DNA of 34,491 nt from the NCBI GenBank assembly GCA_030167865.1, contig JALAGF010006404.1, positions 1 through 34,491 on the forward strand, written 5' to 3'. The DNA comes from Craspedostauros australis. Taxonomy: Eukaryota. Below, in pieces: positions 10,366-21,221 of this stretch; position 1 is the stretch's first letter, and every line of letters begins with the position of its first letter. The position numbers and the translations under genes are program-made. Below the pieces are notes generated by a model, which saw only the letters and a list, made by a program, of their open reading frames with translations, was not told where the DNA came from and made no database searches.

Positions 10366-12384
10366 TCAATCAATTTCTATAACGTCTATGTTGTCGCTCT
10401 TTTGCCGTTTGGGCGGCCTTCCGATATTGAGAAGCTCGTCCAAGCTATTATCATCATCATCGTCGCTCAAGGCGTCCATTCTCGTAGCGGTCGCAGCGGC
10501 CTTTGGCTTGGATGCGTCATCGCTGTCGTCCAGCACAACGATGGAGATGTCCTTCGTCTTGTTCGGAGGTTCTTCGGATTGGATCGATGATCCTTGGGAC
10601 AACTGCAACGCGGATGGCGATGGCGATGTGAATGAGGGGCTGGAGTTGCTGCGCGGTCGTGTCAGCTGCGTGGGCGGGGTCAAAAACATCTGAGTTTCGG
10701 CACGAGTGCTGCGTTCATCACAAACTGGCTTCAATGGAGTATCTTCGGTGAGATCGACGGTGGTGCGGAACGCGACAGGTGAGGGAGACGCAAAGTCGAA
10801 GTCCTGCAGCGGACTCGACGCCTCCGACGGCCTGGAGAGCTGACGCAGTCTGGCAGATGCCACCACCGTGGATTCCGTCGGGGTCAAAGCCGCGCGGGGA
10901 GGTGGCTTGCGTTGGATGGGAGGGGGAGTTGGCGCGGAACGGTAGGGATTGATCTTGGTCGATCGGATGGTGCCATCCGCCTGCATGCAGCATGCGATGT
11001 GCAGCTCCTTGGCGCTCTTGGGCCCGATCTTTTGCTGTCCGCATGGCACCTCTTGCACCATCAATTCCGGATCCTTCGATGCTGCATACGCCTGCAGCAG
11101 CAATTTGAAGGTGGGATAGACCTGCGATATCGCGAAACACTTCTTGTTGGAGAATGTCGCCACCTGCTTCAGCATGGCCAAGGAGATCGCGCCTATAGTT
11201 TTGGTGCCAGCCTCGCGGTCTCGTTCGATTTTGAATTTCAGCTCGGAATACGTCATGAATCGATCCATCCCGAACGGCGGCTTCGGCGGTGTGTCGAAGA
11301 CCAGCTCCAACAGCGATGTTGCGCGGCGCTCATTCTGCCGGCGTCTACGCCTTGCCGCAGGCGAGAAGGCGCCGTACGATGGTAGATTGGCATTATCATT
11401 GCTGGCGTTGGACGAGTAGACATCCGGGAACGTTCTCTGCACGATGCGTCGGTGCAACCCCTTGAGAAGATTGACCGTGTCTTGGACATGCTTCGTCCTC
11501 ACCACGTCAAATCCCAGCTGTATCCTCGTCTCCATCATGGCCATCTCCAGCGTATCCGCCGGACAGTTCCTGCACGAGCTGAGGTTTCCCTCCACGAGAA
11601 ACAGGATCTGCGGCAGGCCGGAGTTGTGCAATCGCAGTCGCTGCTCCAGGTACCGGCTTCCAAACAACGAATGGGCCAGATCGTTGACCTCCTTGCGCTC
11701 CATGATGGTGCCGCACATGACCTCGATCGTCGGCTTGTTGGGTCTGGAACATTGCGCGATCCAGGCCATGTCACCGATGGGAAGATGCCGTTCCTCGCTG
11801 GGAATGCCCGATTGCTGGCACTTGGCAATCATGTGCTTCGACTTGGGCTCGCGACCATCGATGAGCAGGATAACTCTCCACGGCGCTCTGGGCAGAACCA
11901 GCTCGTCCGCCGCCTTCTTCGCCGTTTCATAGGAGACCTGCCGACGGCTCGTTTCCGTTTGCGCCGGTTGGGTCTTTCGAACGGTCCTGCGACCGATCGT
12001 ACCAGCACCGCCCCGCTTGTTTGACGCAACCGTCGACTGCGAATCAGTCGCATTGGATTGCGCATTTGGATTGGCAGCATCCTCCTGCGATAACGGACAA
12101 ATGACCCTGGCAAGCCGACGTCCCACATACTTCAACGCCATCGCCTCCTGAAACGTCGTGACAGGCACGGTGCAATCCGCCAGCGACTTCATGGCACGGC
12201 GCAAGGCAAAGCCGTAATTATTGGAGGGATTCTGCTCCTCCATCTTCTTGCGGGCCTCCCACAATCGATCCAATGCATCCTGGTTGCTTGCGCATTTGGC
12301 TTTCGATTTGTTCGTCGTCGCTGTTGTCGTGCTGCTGCTGCTGCCGGAACCCCATCGTCGGTATTGGGCACCGCCTCGATTCAT
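10366..12384 (-). CDS. MUS81: Crossover junction endonuclease MUS81 (ERCC4/XPF nuclease domain), 672 aa
   Basis: N-terminal HhH-like block (ALRRAMKSL..C.VPVTTFQEAMALKYVG). ERCC4 domain: VILLIDGRE, LPIGDMAWIA, IMERKEVNDLAHSLFGSRYLEQRLRL, FLVEG. C-terminal HhH region (MLKQVATFS...KIGPKSAKEL). Confidence 0.93.
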   Translation of the reverse strand: MNRGGAQYRRWGSGSSSSTTTATTNKSKAKCASNQDALDRLWEARKKMEEQNPSNNYGFALRRAMKSLADCTVPVTTFQEAMALKYVGRRLARVICPLSQEDAANPNAQSNATDSQSTVASNKRGGAGTIGRRTVRKTQPAQTETSRRQVSYETAKKAADELVLPRAPWRVILLIDGREPKSKHMIAKCQQSGIPSEERHLPIGDMAWIAQCSRPNKPTIEVMCGTIMERKEVNDLAHSLFGSRYLEQRLRLHNSGLPQILFLVEGNLSSCRNCPADTLEMAMMETRIQLGFDVVRTKHVQDTVNLLKGLHRRIVQRTFPDVYSSNASNDNANLPSYGAFSPAARRRRRQNERRATSLLELVFDTPPKPPFGMDRFMTYSELKFKIERDREAGTKTIGAISLAMLKQVATFSNKKCFAISQVYPTFKLLLQAYAASKDPELMVQEVPCGQQKIGPKSAKELHIACCMQADGTIRSTKINPYRSAPTPPPIQRKPPPRAALTPTESTVVASARLRQLSRPSEASSPLQDFDFASPSPVAFRTTVDLTEDTPLKPVCDERSTRAETQMFLTPPTQLTRPRSNSSPSFTSPSPSALQLSQGSSIQSEEPPNKTKDISIVVLDDSDDASKPKAAATATRMDALSDDDDDNSLDELLNIGRPPKRQKSDNIDVIEID

Positions 12385-12973
12385 CGCGATTCTGGGCGGG
12401 TGCTGTGGCGTATAATCATTCAGCGCCTTGTCGTTTGGTTGGTGTAATACATGGATTATATAATAGTTCCTAGTCTTTGATCCCCTCCCTCAAGTCATCG
12501 ACGAGCACAGGAAGTGTCGGACCCGAGAGATGAATGCGTCGAGAGAGTGAGCGAACGTTGTGGAGAGTGTTGAGGTTTTCGTTGGTGCGTGCGTTCGTTG
12601 TGTGTGGCGTCAATTGTGGTGATTTGAATTCGTTGAGTCGCCTGATTCAAACTAGTCGGGAATCAAACCGTCGGTTAACCGCCCAACTGCCACCAAAACT
12701 CATCTCGGAGGCGACAATGATGAACGGGAAATTGGCGCCTGTTTCTTCTGCCGTTCGCTGTGGCATTGTCGTGTGTTCGGACTGCCTCCAGGTATAATAG
12801 TATCTGCTCCACCAATTCATTGTGGCAAGAACGACAGAGGCAGGTGTTTGGTATTGTACCAGCACCCACCAGCGATCGCAGCTCCACGTTTCTCAGTGAT
12901 TCTTTCCGTTACTCCCGCATACTGTGCCATCATAGATTGTACAAGTGTTAGTCGATACGCGAAGCACTGAACC

Positions 12974-15900
12974 ATGGACGACGACGGCGCCGATAGGTCC
13001 ACGCAAGAGATCAAGGCGTTGCTGCGGCGTCTTGATCCAAAGGATACATCTCACAAGGATCGTATCCGTCGGCTGAACAAGTTCCGCAACTTCGTCACAG
13101 GAGAGGGATCGGTACGTGAAGAATCAGTATCATGAAGGCATTGCTCCGATGCATGCATGCATTCAGTCATTCATTCATTCATTCATTCATGTCCAGCTGG
13201 TCTCTCATCAGCTTGGCTCTTCCTCACTCACACGGTTCTATTCTATTATATTCCACAACGCGATGCTATTCCACGATGACAAACACAATGCCATCCCATG
13301 ATGACAAACACAATCCATTGCAGAAAGATGAGACGCCAGAATTCTACGACGACGACATCCCCATCTTGCTGCTGGGAAGCCAGGCACCCGCCGCGATGCT
13401 GGGCGACGACCCGGACCTCCTGGGCGGTAACTACTACGGCCTCCTGCAGGCCTGCGGCACGCCCAGCGTGGAGCACGACCACATGCTCAAACGCAGCGCG
13501 CGTCACGCCATGTCGCTGCTGCGGTTCCTCGTCTGCGACTACGTCGAGGACGGTTCGTCGCAGCTCAATCTCTTCGCGCAGGCCTTCTGCAGCCTGCCCG
13601 CGACCAAGTACCAGTACATGTCCCTCGATCTGCACATGATCGGCGATCAGCGCGGTGGCGCCAAGGAGGATGCCTCGCACGTCATGGTCATGCTGCTGCG
13701 ATATCACATGGCCGAGGACGGCGAAACGCCCGTGCCGCTCGACAAGACCGATCTGCTGGCCAATCCCACGGCAAGGCAGGCCTTCGATGTCTGGGTCAGC
13801 CAGAATGTCAAGCGCGATATTCAGGCCGATATGAAGCAGAATTCGCAGCTGCGCAAGGACGAGATCGAGAAGCAGCAGCAGCAGGCCAACAAGCAGATCG
13901 GTCGCACGGATGACAATCTCGACGACGATGACGAGGAGGCCGTCGAGGATGAGGCCTTTGTGGGAGACGAGGATGGTGCCCTTGCGGGTCTGCGCCGCAG
14001 AAAGAAGGCCGCCAAGAAGGAGGTCTACGAAGCGACGCAGGCTGGCGATCTCGAGGCCATCACGGGACCGGCATTGCGCTGGGAGGACAGTCAGCTGTAC
14101 CGAGAACAGAGGGCCCGATTCGCGGCGCATCAGAGGATGCAGGAGGATGGAGAGTTTCACGACACTGTGCGTGACAGTCAGGAGGCCGCGGCGGAGCTGG
14201 CGGAACGCGAAGAAGAGAAGGCCCGCGTTCTGCGCAAGGATCCGCTGGGTCTCAAGGATGACAGCTTCGATCTGCGCACGATCGAAAGCCATCAGGTGGA
14301 TTTCCTGGAGCAGTCCCTGCTGGAGTTGCAGGAGGAAATTCGAAAGGCGGAAGCTGGTGGCGAAGATGAAAAGGCCATGCAGGCCAAGAAGGAATCGCTT
14401 GAATCCATCCTCGATGGCATCGTCGGTGTGGAAGGTGCCGAGAAGGGCATCGGTGCCACCGGGCGCAGTACCATTCCGACGGACTCCAATTTCGATCCCT
14501 TGCTCTTTCTCACCTTGGTCCACAGAAAGGCCAGCTACAAGGAGCTTGTCGGCAGTATGGATCGATTGAGCAGTAAGTCCTGTGTGTTGCACGCTGTATT
14601 GCGATGTGATATGATGTAATTTCTGAACCTCGGTTGAACTTACACAGCCACACCTCTCCCCCTCATTCCCATCTCTACTTTACTCTTGATGGATTCAATG
14701 TCTCGATCACCCAACGTGCCTCTCTCTGTCTCTCTACGAATGCTGCAGATGACACGGAGAATCAGGTCAAGCAATTGCAGATCATGGTGCGAGAGAATTT
14801 TGCGCTGTTCCTGCGATGTGCAGATGGTATCGATACCTTTAACGAAAAGACGCTGTCGCAATCGGGACCTGGATTGATTGATCGGCTCAATCGTTTGGAT
14901 GCCCTGGCGGAGTCTTGCGCACATCAGGCCAAAAAGTCGTTCAAGCCTTTGCTGGATAATGCCAGCGAGGTCCGCAAGGTGCAATCCGCTTTGGCGGTGC
15001 TGCAACGTGTCGCGCCCATGCTCCAGGCCCCGTACCTCATGCGTCAGCACGTGGAGAATGGACGCTTCTCGCAGGCGCTCAAGGCCTACCGTCGCGTTCT
15101 GGTGATCGATGAGCATTGCAACATCGAACTCCTCAACCACGTCAAGTCGCAGGCCGCAGAATGCGCCAGAGAAGCGCAGCGGGAGCTGGAAAGCCGGCTG
15201 GCACAGGACAAGCTGGCCGTCAACAGCCTCATGGATTTCATTCGTGATCTGGGAGAACTGCTCGAACTGGATATCCCGGAGGATCCCAACGAGGAGGAAA
15301 AGGCGGCCGACTATCGCCACAAGACCAAGGGCGTCAGCGCCTTCTGCATCGGCGACATCACCATCAACGTGCGTGATCACCCTCCGGCGTTGGCGTGCCT
15401 CTTGCTGCAGGCTGCTCATTTCACCTACGAAGTCAACCGCGTCATCGAGGACACCGGCAAGACGACCATGCGCATCTACGACGGAGAATCGCTCTCATCT
15501 CAGCTTGAGGCAGGTGCGGATGGACGCTCGATGCTGGCTGATGACACCAAGGAGCCATCGCTGAAGTCACCAAAAGCCGGGAGCAGCAGCAGCAACCAAT
15601 GGAAGTATGACATCCTGGAGGCGAGAGGACTGGCCACCGTCAAGGCGGTGCAGATCTGCCACAACTGGCTCCCTCGCTTGCTGCACGTCGCGCAGGCTGC
15701 AAAGGAAGACGAGAAGCGACGTTCCGCCCGCGTTTCGCGCAAAAGGAATTCGTCCGCAGAAACGCACCTCAATCCATTCGAGGTCGTCATCACACACATC
15801 GCGCCATCGGTGACAAAGATCATCGAGCATGCCTGCTTCTGCGGTTTGGGTTCCGCACCTCGCGGATCCGGCATCGAGGTGAAGATGACGTTCGGAAAGA

Positions 15901-17015
15901 AGGGACCGGACAAGCTGCGTGCGCTGCTGCGTTCTCCGCTTCCTCCATCGCAAAGTGCGCGCGTTGGCAAGGAGCTCGCCGAGATGGTGGAAGTCCTGGT
16001 GCAAAGCAGCAGCCTGGTGGACGAGCTGAGACCATCGATGGATGGCAGCGCACTGTACCAGCTATCGCCGCTTGAAGAATGCCGCAAGGTCGGAGAGCAG
16101 GCGGTCATGACGATCGAAAAGCGCCGCTGCATCTACGCCTTCGATATCTGCGCCCGAACATCCTCCAGCAAGGCATCTGGATCCGGCAAGTTCGATGCCG
16201 ACGCTCTGCTGACCTGCCTCACGACGCTGTCGGAAGAGCTGACGAGGCCAGAACAATGCGCCAGCGAAGTCGAGAAGGGCTGCGAGCTGGTCGTACGCCG
16301 GTGCTGCGACGGACTTGCTGCGTACGTGCGCGATCGCGGTGATTCGGCACGTTTGAGCGCTGTTGCTGAATGTGCCGACATCCTGCTGGAGCGAATATCC
16401 GACGTGGTACGGGAGGTCGGGTATCTGACCAACAACGCCGAAGCGGTCGAGGAGGTGATGATGGAGGACATCATGGGTCTGGAGGGAGCCATGTTCGACG
16501 AGTTCCTCGAGAACATCCGCCACAGCGTCGTGAGCTCCTGCCGGTTGGGCTTCTTGGACGTTCGCAATGACATCTCCGATGCGATCGAACCTCTGGGTTT
16601 CCCATCCTACCTATCGTCGTGCCTGCTGTCGATCGTGCGATGTCGCGCGCAGGTGGAGGAAGCGCTGGGCACCAAGATGAGACGATCGGAGGGTCTCACG
16701 TACCTGCACATCTCCATGACGAAGGTCGCGGAAGCCGCGATGGACGGCCTGTGCGCGCAGATCCAGCATCGCAAGGTGTCCATCAAGGTGCGTCAGGCGG
16801 ATCGGTTGGCGAACGAGCTCCAGTTCATGGCCAACACGTTGAAGCCGTATCTGGGAGAGACTGCGATGGAGATCATCGACGCCACGCGGCACATGCTCAT
16901 CACGAAGGCAGGCCGGGGCGGTGGCGTCGAAGGGGACGGGCCGAATGGTCTGGCAGCGTTGGAGGATTTGGAACGTCTCGGCAGAGTGTATGTTCTGTGT
17001 TTGGGCGAGTCCTAA
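12974..17015 (+). CDS. SEC5: Exocyst complex component SEC5/EXOC2, 3 exons: 12974-13111, 13324-14572, 14749-17015 (~1217 aa)
   Basis: The spliced frame is continuous (MDDDGADRSTQ...GEGS|KDETPEF...DRLS N|DTENQ). Sec5-type region: SNFDPLLFLTLVH..ASYKEL...MVRENFALFLRCADGID...FKPLLDNASEVRKVQSALAVLQR...APYLMRQHVENGRFSQALKAYRRV. Both introns are GT-AG and preserve frame. Confidence 0.85.
13112..13323 (+). other. Intron 1 of SEC5 (212 nt, phase 0); contains a (TCAT)n microsatellite at ~13162-13190
   Basis: Donor gtacgt at 13112; acceptor ttgcag ending at 13323. The sequence is AT-richer and joins exons in frame. Confidence 0.8.
14573..14748 (+). other. Intron 2 of SEC5 (176 nt, phase 1)
   Basis: Donor gtaagt at 14573; pyrimidine tract then ctgcag ending at 14748. 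It joins the 13132 and 14634 ORF frames within the Sec5 domain. Confidence 0.88.
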
Positions 17016-17319
17016 CTTTTAATATAGCACACATGATAAGCACTGAAGCGCATGTCCGTGCACGAGTGATTTTGCTACGGATTTGCAGAAAGATGATCGG
17101 TAATAGAGTAATTGCGCGTACCGAATGCTCCACCCAATTGCGGTTGTCCATCATGATGATTGGGCCGTACCAGTGCGGCTGCACTTGTGGCTGTTGCTGT
17201 GAAATTCCCCTGACTTTTGTCTGTCTAAAGCATTACTCCATGCGAATTAATGGTGGAGCAGGACCATGGCCTCAAACGATCCATCCACACGCCATGTCAC
17301 GCCACTCTGGAGAGTCGCA

Positions 17320-20223
17320 TCACGCAAAACAGGAGATGAGGACCTTGGGACTGGATCGCAGCAACCCGTAGATGGTGCGTATCGATTGCACATCCTGCGG
17401 CGCGTCGTTGGGTTCCGCCGCCGCGGCCGCCGTCATGAAGGGATACAGGCTGCTCGTCTTGGATTGGATCTTGATGGCCTTGGGAAAGGCGCGGACGAGA
17501 CGGCGCACACCGAGATCCCATGTCGTGCCCGTGCGCAGGGCCAATTCCAACGGCGTCTCACCGCGGTTGTTGCGTTTCTTGGCGCCGTCCTGGTACTCCT
17601 CGAGCAAGCGCGCGATGGCTTGCGATTTGCGGTAGGCCACGACGGATTCGGCCTTGTTGCTGCTCGTGCCGACCTCGTCGTTGGGGAAGGTCCAGCCGCA
17701 GACGAGATGGAGCGGGAGGTTCTCGACGCCGTCCTTGCTTTCCAACGTCTGCTGCACCTGTTTGGGGAATGCGTAGAGGGCGATGGTGAGGAGCTGGACG
17801 GGACATCCGACCTGCCAGGCGGCGGTGTGGACCGCGGCGAATTTGGCGCCCTTGCGCTTTTGCTTGAGGGATCCGTACTTGAGGATCATGACGGCCCACT
17901 TCCACACCCACCATTTGCTGACCTGCTTGATGACGTCCTGGCGTTTGGAGGGTGTGCTGAGGGCGCTCCACACGCTGCCCTCGTCGTCGCTGTCGTAAAT
18001 CTCGTCAATGACCGTCTTGGAGAAGGCATCGGCGTTGCATTTGTACAGGTACTCGATGGGACCTTCGACGACCGTCTTTGTTTTGATGAGGGATTTGTCG
18101 TTGATGGTGCCACGTTGGGCGCTCTGTTTCTGATCGTGATCGTTGTCATTGGCATCGTCGTCAGCATTGTCATTGTCATGATCACCATCGGCATCATCGT
18201 GATCGTCGTTCTTGTTCTTGACGACCTTCTGGCGCAAGCGCAAATTGGCATGTTCCGCGCCATGCATGAGCAGGAGCCGCAGAACGGCCGTCGACGTGCG
18301 GCCCAATCCATCGGCCTCCTCCTTATTCTTGTGATGATGGCTGTAGCTGACGATGTGAATATCGATGGGCGACAGACCTTCCGTCGTGAAGACGGCGAAC
18401 GCTTCGGGACAGTACTGATGAAAGAGCTCGATCATCTTGGCGGCCTCGTCGACCTGGTACTTGTCGGAACAGACGAGGCAAGCGTAGACGAGGGGCGTGT
18501 AACCATTGAGCGTGCAGGTTTGCTTGGCCGCGTCTGGATTGAGCTGCAGCAAGGCATCGAGGATGGCCAACGGCGCCGCGTCGAGTTCGTTGTCGGTGGA
18601 TTTGAATTCCTGGATGTATCCCGTGCGGCTCATGACGGCCATGTGGAGGGCGGTCGTGCCGTCCTTGGAGGAGACGAACTTGGCGCCGACGGAGGCTTCG
18701 CCCTTGGAGTCGTCGGCGCATAGGTCCAGGACGTCGTCCCATCGGCATTTGCGCGCCCTGCGGTAGAGCTGCGGGGTGATGGTGATGGCGCCGAAGCTGT
18801 TCTTGCTGGAGTGCGGGCTCTTGCTGGCGCCGCTGGAGCTGCCGTGGCCGGAGCCGCGGTTCATGGACCTGCCGCGGCTGCGGCTGCGCAGTCGGTTGAT
18901 GAGTCGTTTGGAGGAGCCGACTATGCGTTTGGGACTGAGCATGGATGATTTGGAGGATCTGCTGTGGTTGGAATCGGACAGTCCGGACTTGCTGTTGTTG
19001 TGCGCGCTGGATTGGTTGTTGTTGTTGTTGTTGTTGTCATCGTTCAAGCCTTCCTCATGCACGGATCCCTCGTGGCTTTCGTCATCGTCCAGGCACTCGA
19101 GCTCGGACACCAGCGATTGCGAGGCTGGCTTGCGGCTGTGCTTTTGGTTCTTGCTGTTCCTCTTTGGCTTTCTCTTGGCGACGCTCTTTGGCTTGTCCCC
19201 CTTGCGCAAGCGGCTGCGGCTGCGCCGCTGTTTGTTGTGCTTTGCCAGTTCCACATCGTCGTCGTCCTGTTCATGGTCATGGTCCTGTTCATTCTGTTCA
19301 TGGTCCTGCTTTTCGTGGTCCTGCTGTTCATGTTCATCGCTGGATTGGTGATGGTTGTTGCGACTGCCGTGACCAGCACCATCGTCATGCTCGTCGCTGG
19401 TGTGCCTGTGCTTGCTGCTGCTGCTGTCATGACTGGTGCTGTGCCTGCGACCGCTGGAGTGATTGACGTTGTTCTCATCGCCAACAGCGTCGCCATCGTC
19501 CTTGCGGTTGGAGGCAGTGGTGTGGTTGGATCGGTTGTCCTTCCTGCCCAGAGTCATGCGGTCCTTCATGGCGCCCCATGATCTGCTGCGCGGCTTGCGC
19601 GGCTGCGTCTTGCCGCCATTCTGTCCTCTCTTGGTCTTCTTGTTGGTCTCGTTGCTGTTGCTGCTGTGGTTGCTGTGATGGCTGTTGTTGTTGTTGTTGT
19701 TGTTATGGTTGCCGTGGCTGTTGCGACTCAGCATGGACGAACGCGACGTCCTGTGGGCATGCAGACTGCCGCTCTTGGGTTTGGAAGTGCTGAACGAGGA
19801 CAGCGATGCCGACAGCGACGCAGCCTCCGATCCTCCAGGCGAGAAAGGCGCCTCCGAGGTGGAGTTGGCTCGGTTCTTGCGTCCGCCTCGTTTCGGCGTG
19901 TCATGGTGGCTGCTGCCGCCAATGTTGCCGTTGTAGCCGTTGCTGCTGTTGGTATCGCCATTGCTGTCCTTGTTATCTTTGTCTCTGCTGCTGCCGCGGC
20001 TCTTCCCCATGAGGCGCTTGAAGACGTCCGGCGTCCTGGATCGCTGCTTGGCTCTGACGCCTTTCCCGTCTGCGCTGTGGGTGCTGTGAATGCCAGGCGA
20101 TGTCACGGATCCGGATTTCCTTCGAATCGATCTCGACGAGGGTGATGGAGTGTGGGGGGAGTGCGCGGATGCGTCCGTCTTGCCTGGCGTCGTCATGGCC
20201 GTCGCCGTCGCTGTCGTGGCCAT
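17320..20223 (-). CDS. Protein with ~480-aa disordered S/R/N/H/K-rich N-terminus and C-terminal divergent ankyrin-like repeats (967 aa)
   Basis: Long ATG-initiated ORF with strong GC3 bias. C-terminal motifs: DGTTALHMAV, NGYTPLVYAC, EGLSPIDIH, ENLPLHLVC, RGETPLELAL and a terminal LYPFMTAA...TIYGLLRSSP segment, of the kind seen in expanded diatom ankyrin-like families. Confidence 0.82.
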   Translation of the reverse strand: MATTATATAMTTPGKTDASAHSPHTPSPSSRSIRRKSGSVTSPGIHSTHSADGKGVRAKQRSRTPDVFKRLMGKSRGSSRDKDNKDSNGDTNSSNGYNGNIGGSSHHDTPKRGGRKNRANSTSEAPFSPGGSEAASLSASLSSFSTSKPKSGSLHAHRTSRSSMLSRNSHGNHNNNNNNNSHHSNHSSNSNETNKKTKRGQNGGKTQPRKPRSRSWGAMKDRMTLGRKDNRSNHTTASNRKDDGDAVGDENNVNHSSGRRHSTSHDSSSSKHRHTSDEHDDGAGHGSRNNHHQSSDEHEQQDHEKQDHEQNEQDHDHEQDDDDVELAKHNKQRRSRSRLRKGDKPKSVAKRKPKRNSKNQKHSRKPASQSLVSELECLDDDESHEGSVHEEGLNDDNNNNNNNQSSAHNNSKSGLSDSNHSRSSKSSMLSPKRIVGSSKRLINRLRSRSRGRSMNRGSGHGSSSGASKSPHSSKNSFGAITITPQLYRRARKCRWDDVLDLCADDSKGEASVGAKFVSSKDGTTALHMAVMSRTGYIQEFKSTDNELDAAPLAILDALLQLNPDAAKQTCTLNGYTPLVYACLVCSDKYQVDEAAKMIELFHQYCPEAFAVFTTEGLSPIDIHIVSYSHHHKNKEEADGLGRTSTAVLRLLLMHGAEHANLRLRQKVVKNKNDDHDDADGDHDNDNADDDANDNDHDQKQSAQRGTINDKSLIKTKTVVEGPIEYLYKCNADAFSKTVIDEIYDSDDEGSVWSALSTPSKRQDVIKQVSKWWVWKWAVMILKYGSLKQKRKGAKFAAVHTAAWQVGCPVQLLTIALYAFPKQVQQTLESKDGVENLPLHLVCGWTFPNDEVGTSSNKAESVVAYRKSQAIARLLEEYQDGAKKRNNRGETPLELALRTGTTWDLGVRRLVRAFPKAIKIQSKTSSLYPFMTAAAAAEPNDAPQDVQSIRTIYGLLRSSPKVLISCFA

Positions 20224-20226
20224 CGT

Positions 20227-20263
20227 TCCTGTATCGATCCTGTATCGATCCTGTATCGATCCT
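20227..20263. repeat. 11-bp tandem repeat (tcctgtatcga x3.4) directly upstream of the ATG of the 17320-20223 gene
   Basis: Read directly: tcctgtatcga tcctgtatcga tcctgtatcga tcct. Confidence 0.9.
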
Positions 20264-21184
20264 TTGGTCGTGTCACTGAGGATCTTGGTGGCAATTATTA
20301 TAGAATAGTACAGAGCACTCGCGGTGAAGACACTCTACTCGTACTTTTCGCAACCGCGTACGAGTATTGCTGGAGTCTGCTGATCTGGTCAGAGCACCCT
20401 ATCCGTGTGAGTATTGGTGTTAGTATTTGTAATAGCAATAGTAATAGTATGCTACGAGTTCCACTGTTCCAATGGACGGGATTGCTCTCTCTCTCCTCTC
20501 CTCAACTCGCAAGTAGTGTGATGCGGTGGTTCCTCGCCTTGCCTCGCCTCTCCTGTCTTGTCCACGTGTGTTTCCCGAGCGGAGTGAAACACCCAAAAGA
20601 CCAAAATCAGCTCAACCACAACAACAATCGCAGTCACCACAAAACCACTAGGATCCTGGCCGTTGAACTACCTCTGGTCATCCGTCGTTCTTTCCTTCGC
20701 CTCGCGACGAAAAGCCTCGTTTGCGCGCCCTTGTTGTGCACGTCCGCTTAGCCGCGCGTCGTGCTGCTATGCCCATGTGACTGTTTGTCTGTCTTCGTTG
20801 GTTGCTGGGTGCGCGATGATGTGTTCGCGAAACCATCGTCAAGTTTGGGCTTGTTTCGATGTCAACGTGACATGCAACGCGACACCCTATTATACACGAC
20901 TGGAACTGATTGGGTTTGCGGTAATACTTGATAACAAGTAGTTTTGTGACGAAATTGTATCCATACACAGATGGAATTCCAAGCACGATGTCTGAAATAC
21001 ACAAAATTGGGACAGGTTGAAACAGACTTTTCTCCGATCTCCAAGCGAATAGAGAATAGCACCTTGACATTCTCTAGATATAGACAATGTAGACTGTTGT
21101 GGAGAACCTTGGAATTTGTTGAGCAGTCGCACGGAGTTACCGACGACTACTCTTCCGCAGACTCCTCCAAGAGGGCATTATCCA

Positions 21185-21221
21185 CTATCTATCTATCTAT
21201 CTATCTATCTGTCTATCTATC
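21185..21221. repeat. (CTAT)n microsatellite
   Basis: ctatctatctatctatctatctatctgtctatctatc. Confidence 0.9.

Noticed and set aside
13246..14592. 448-aa antisense ORF over SEC5 exon 2
   Set aside because: Shadow ORF from GC3-biased codon usage on the opposite strand; no recognisable motifs.
17266..18723. 485-aa plus-strand ORF antisense to the ankyrin-like gene
   Set aside because: Antisense shadow with V/L/G/D-rich composition typical of reverse-frame translation.
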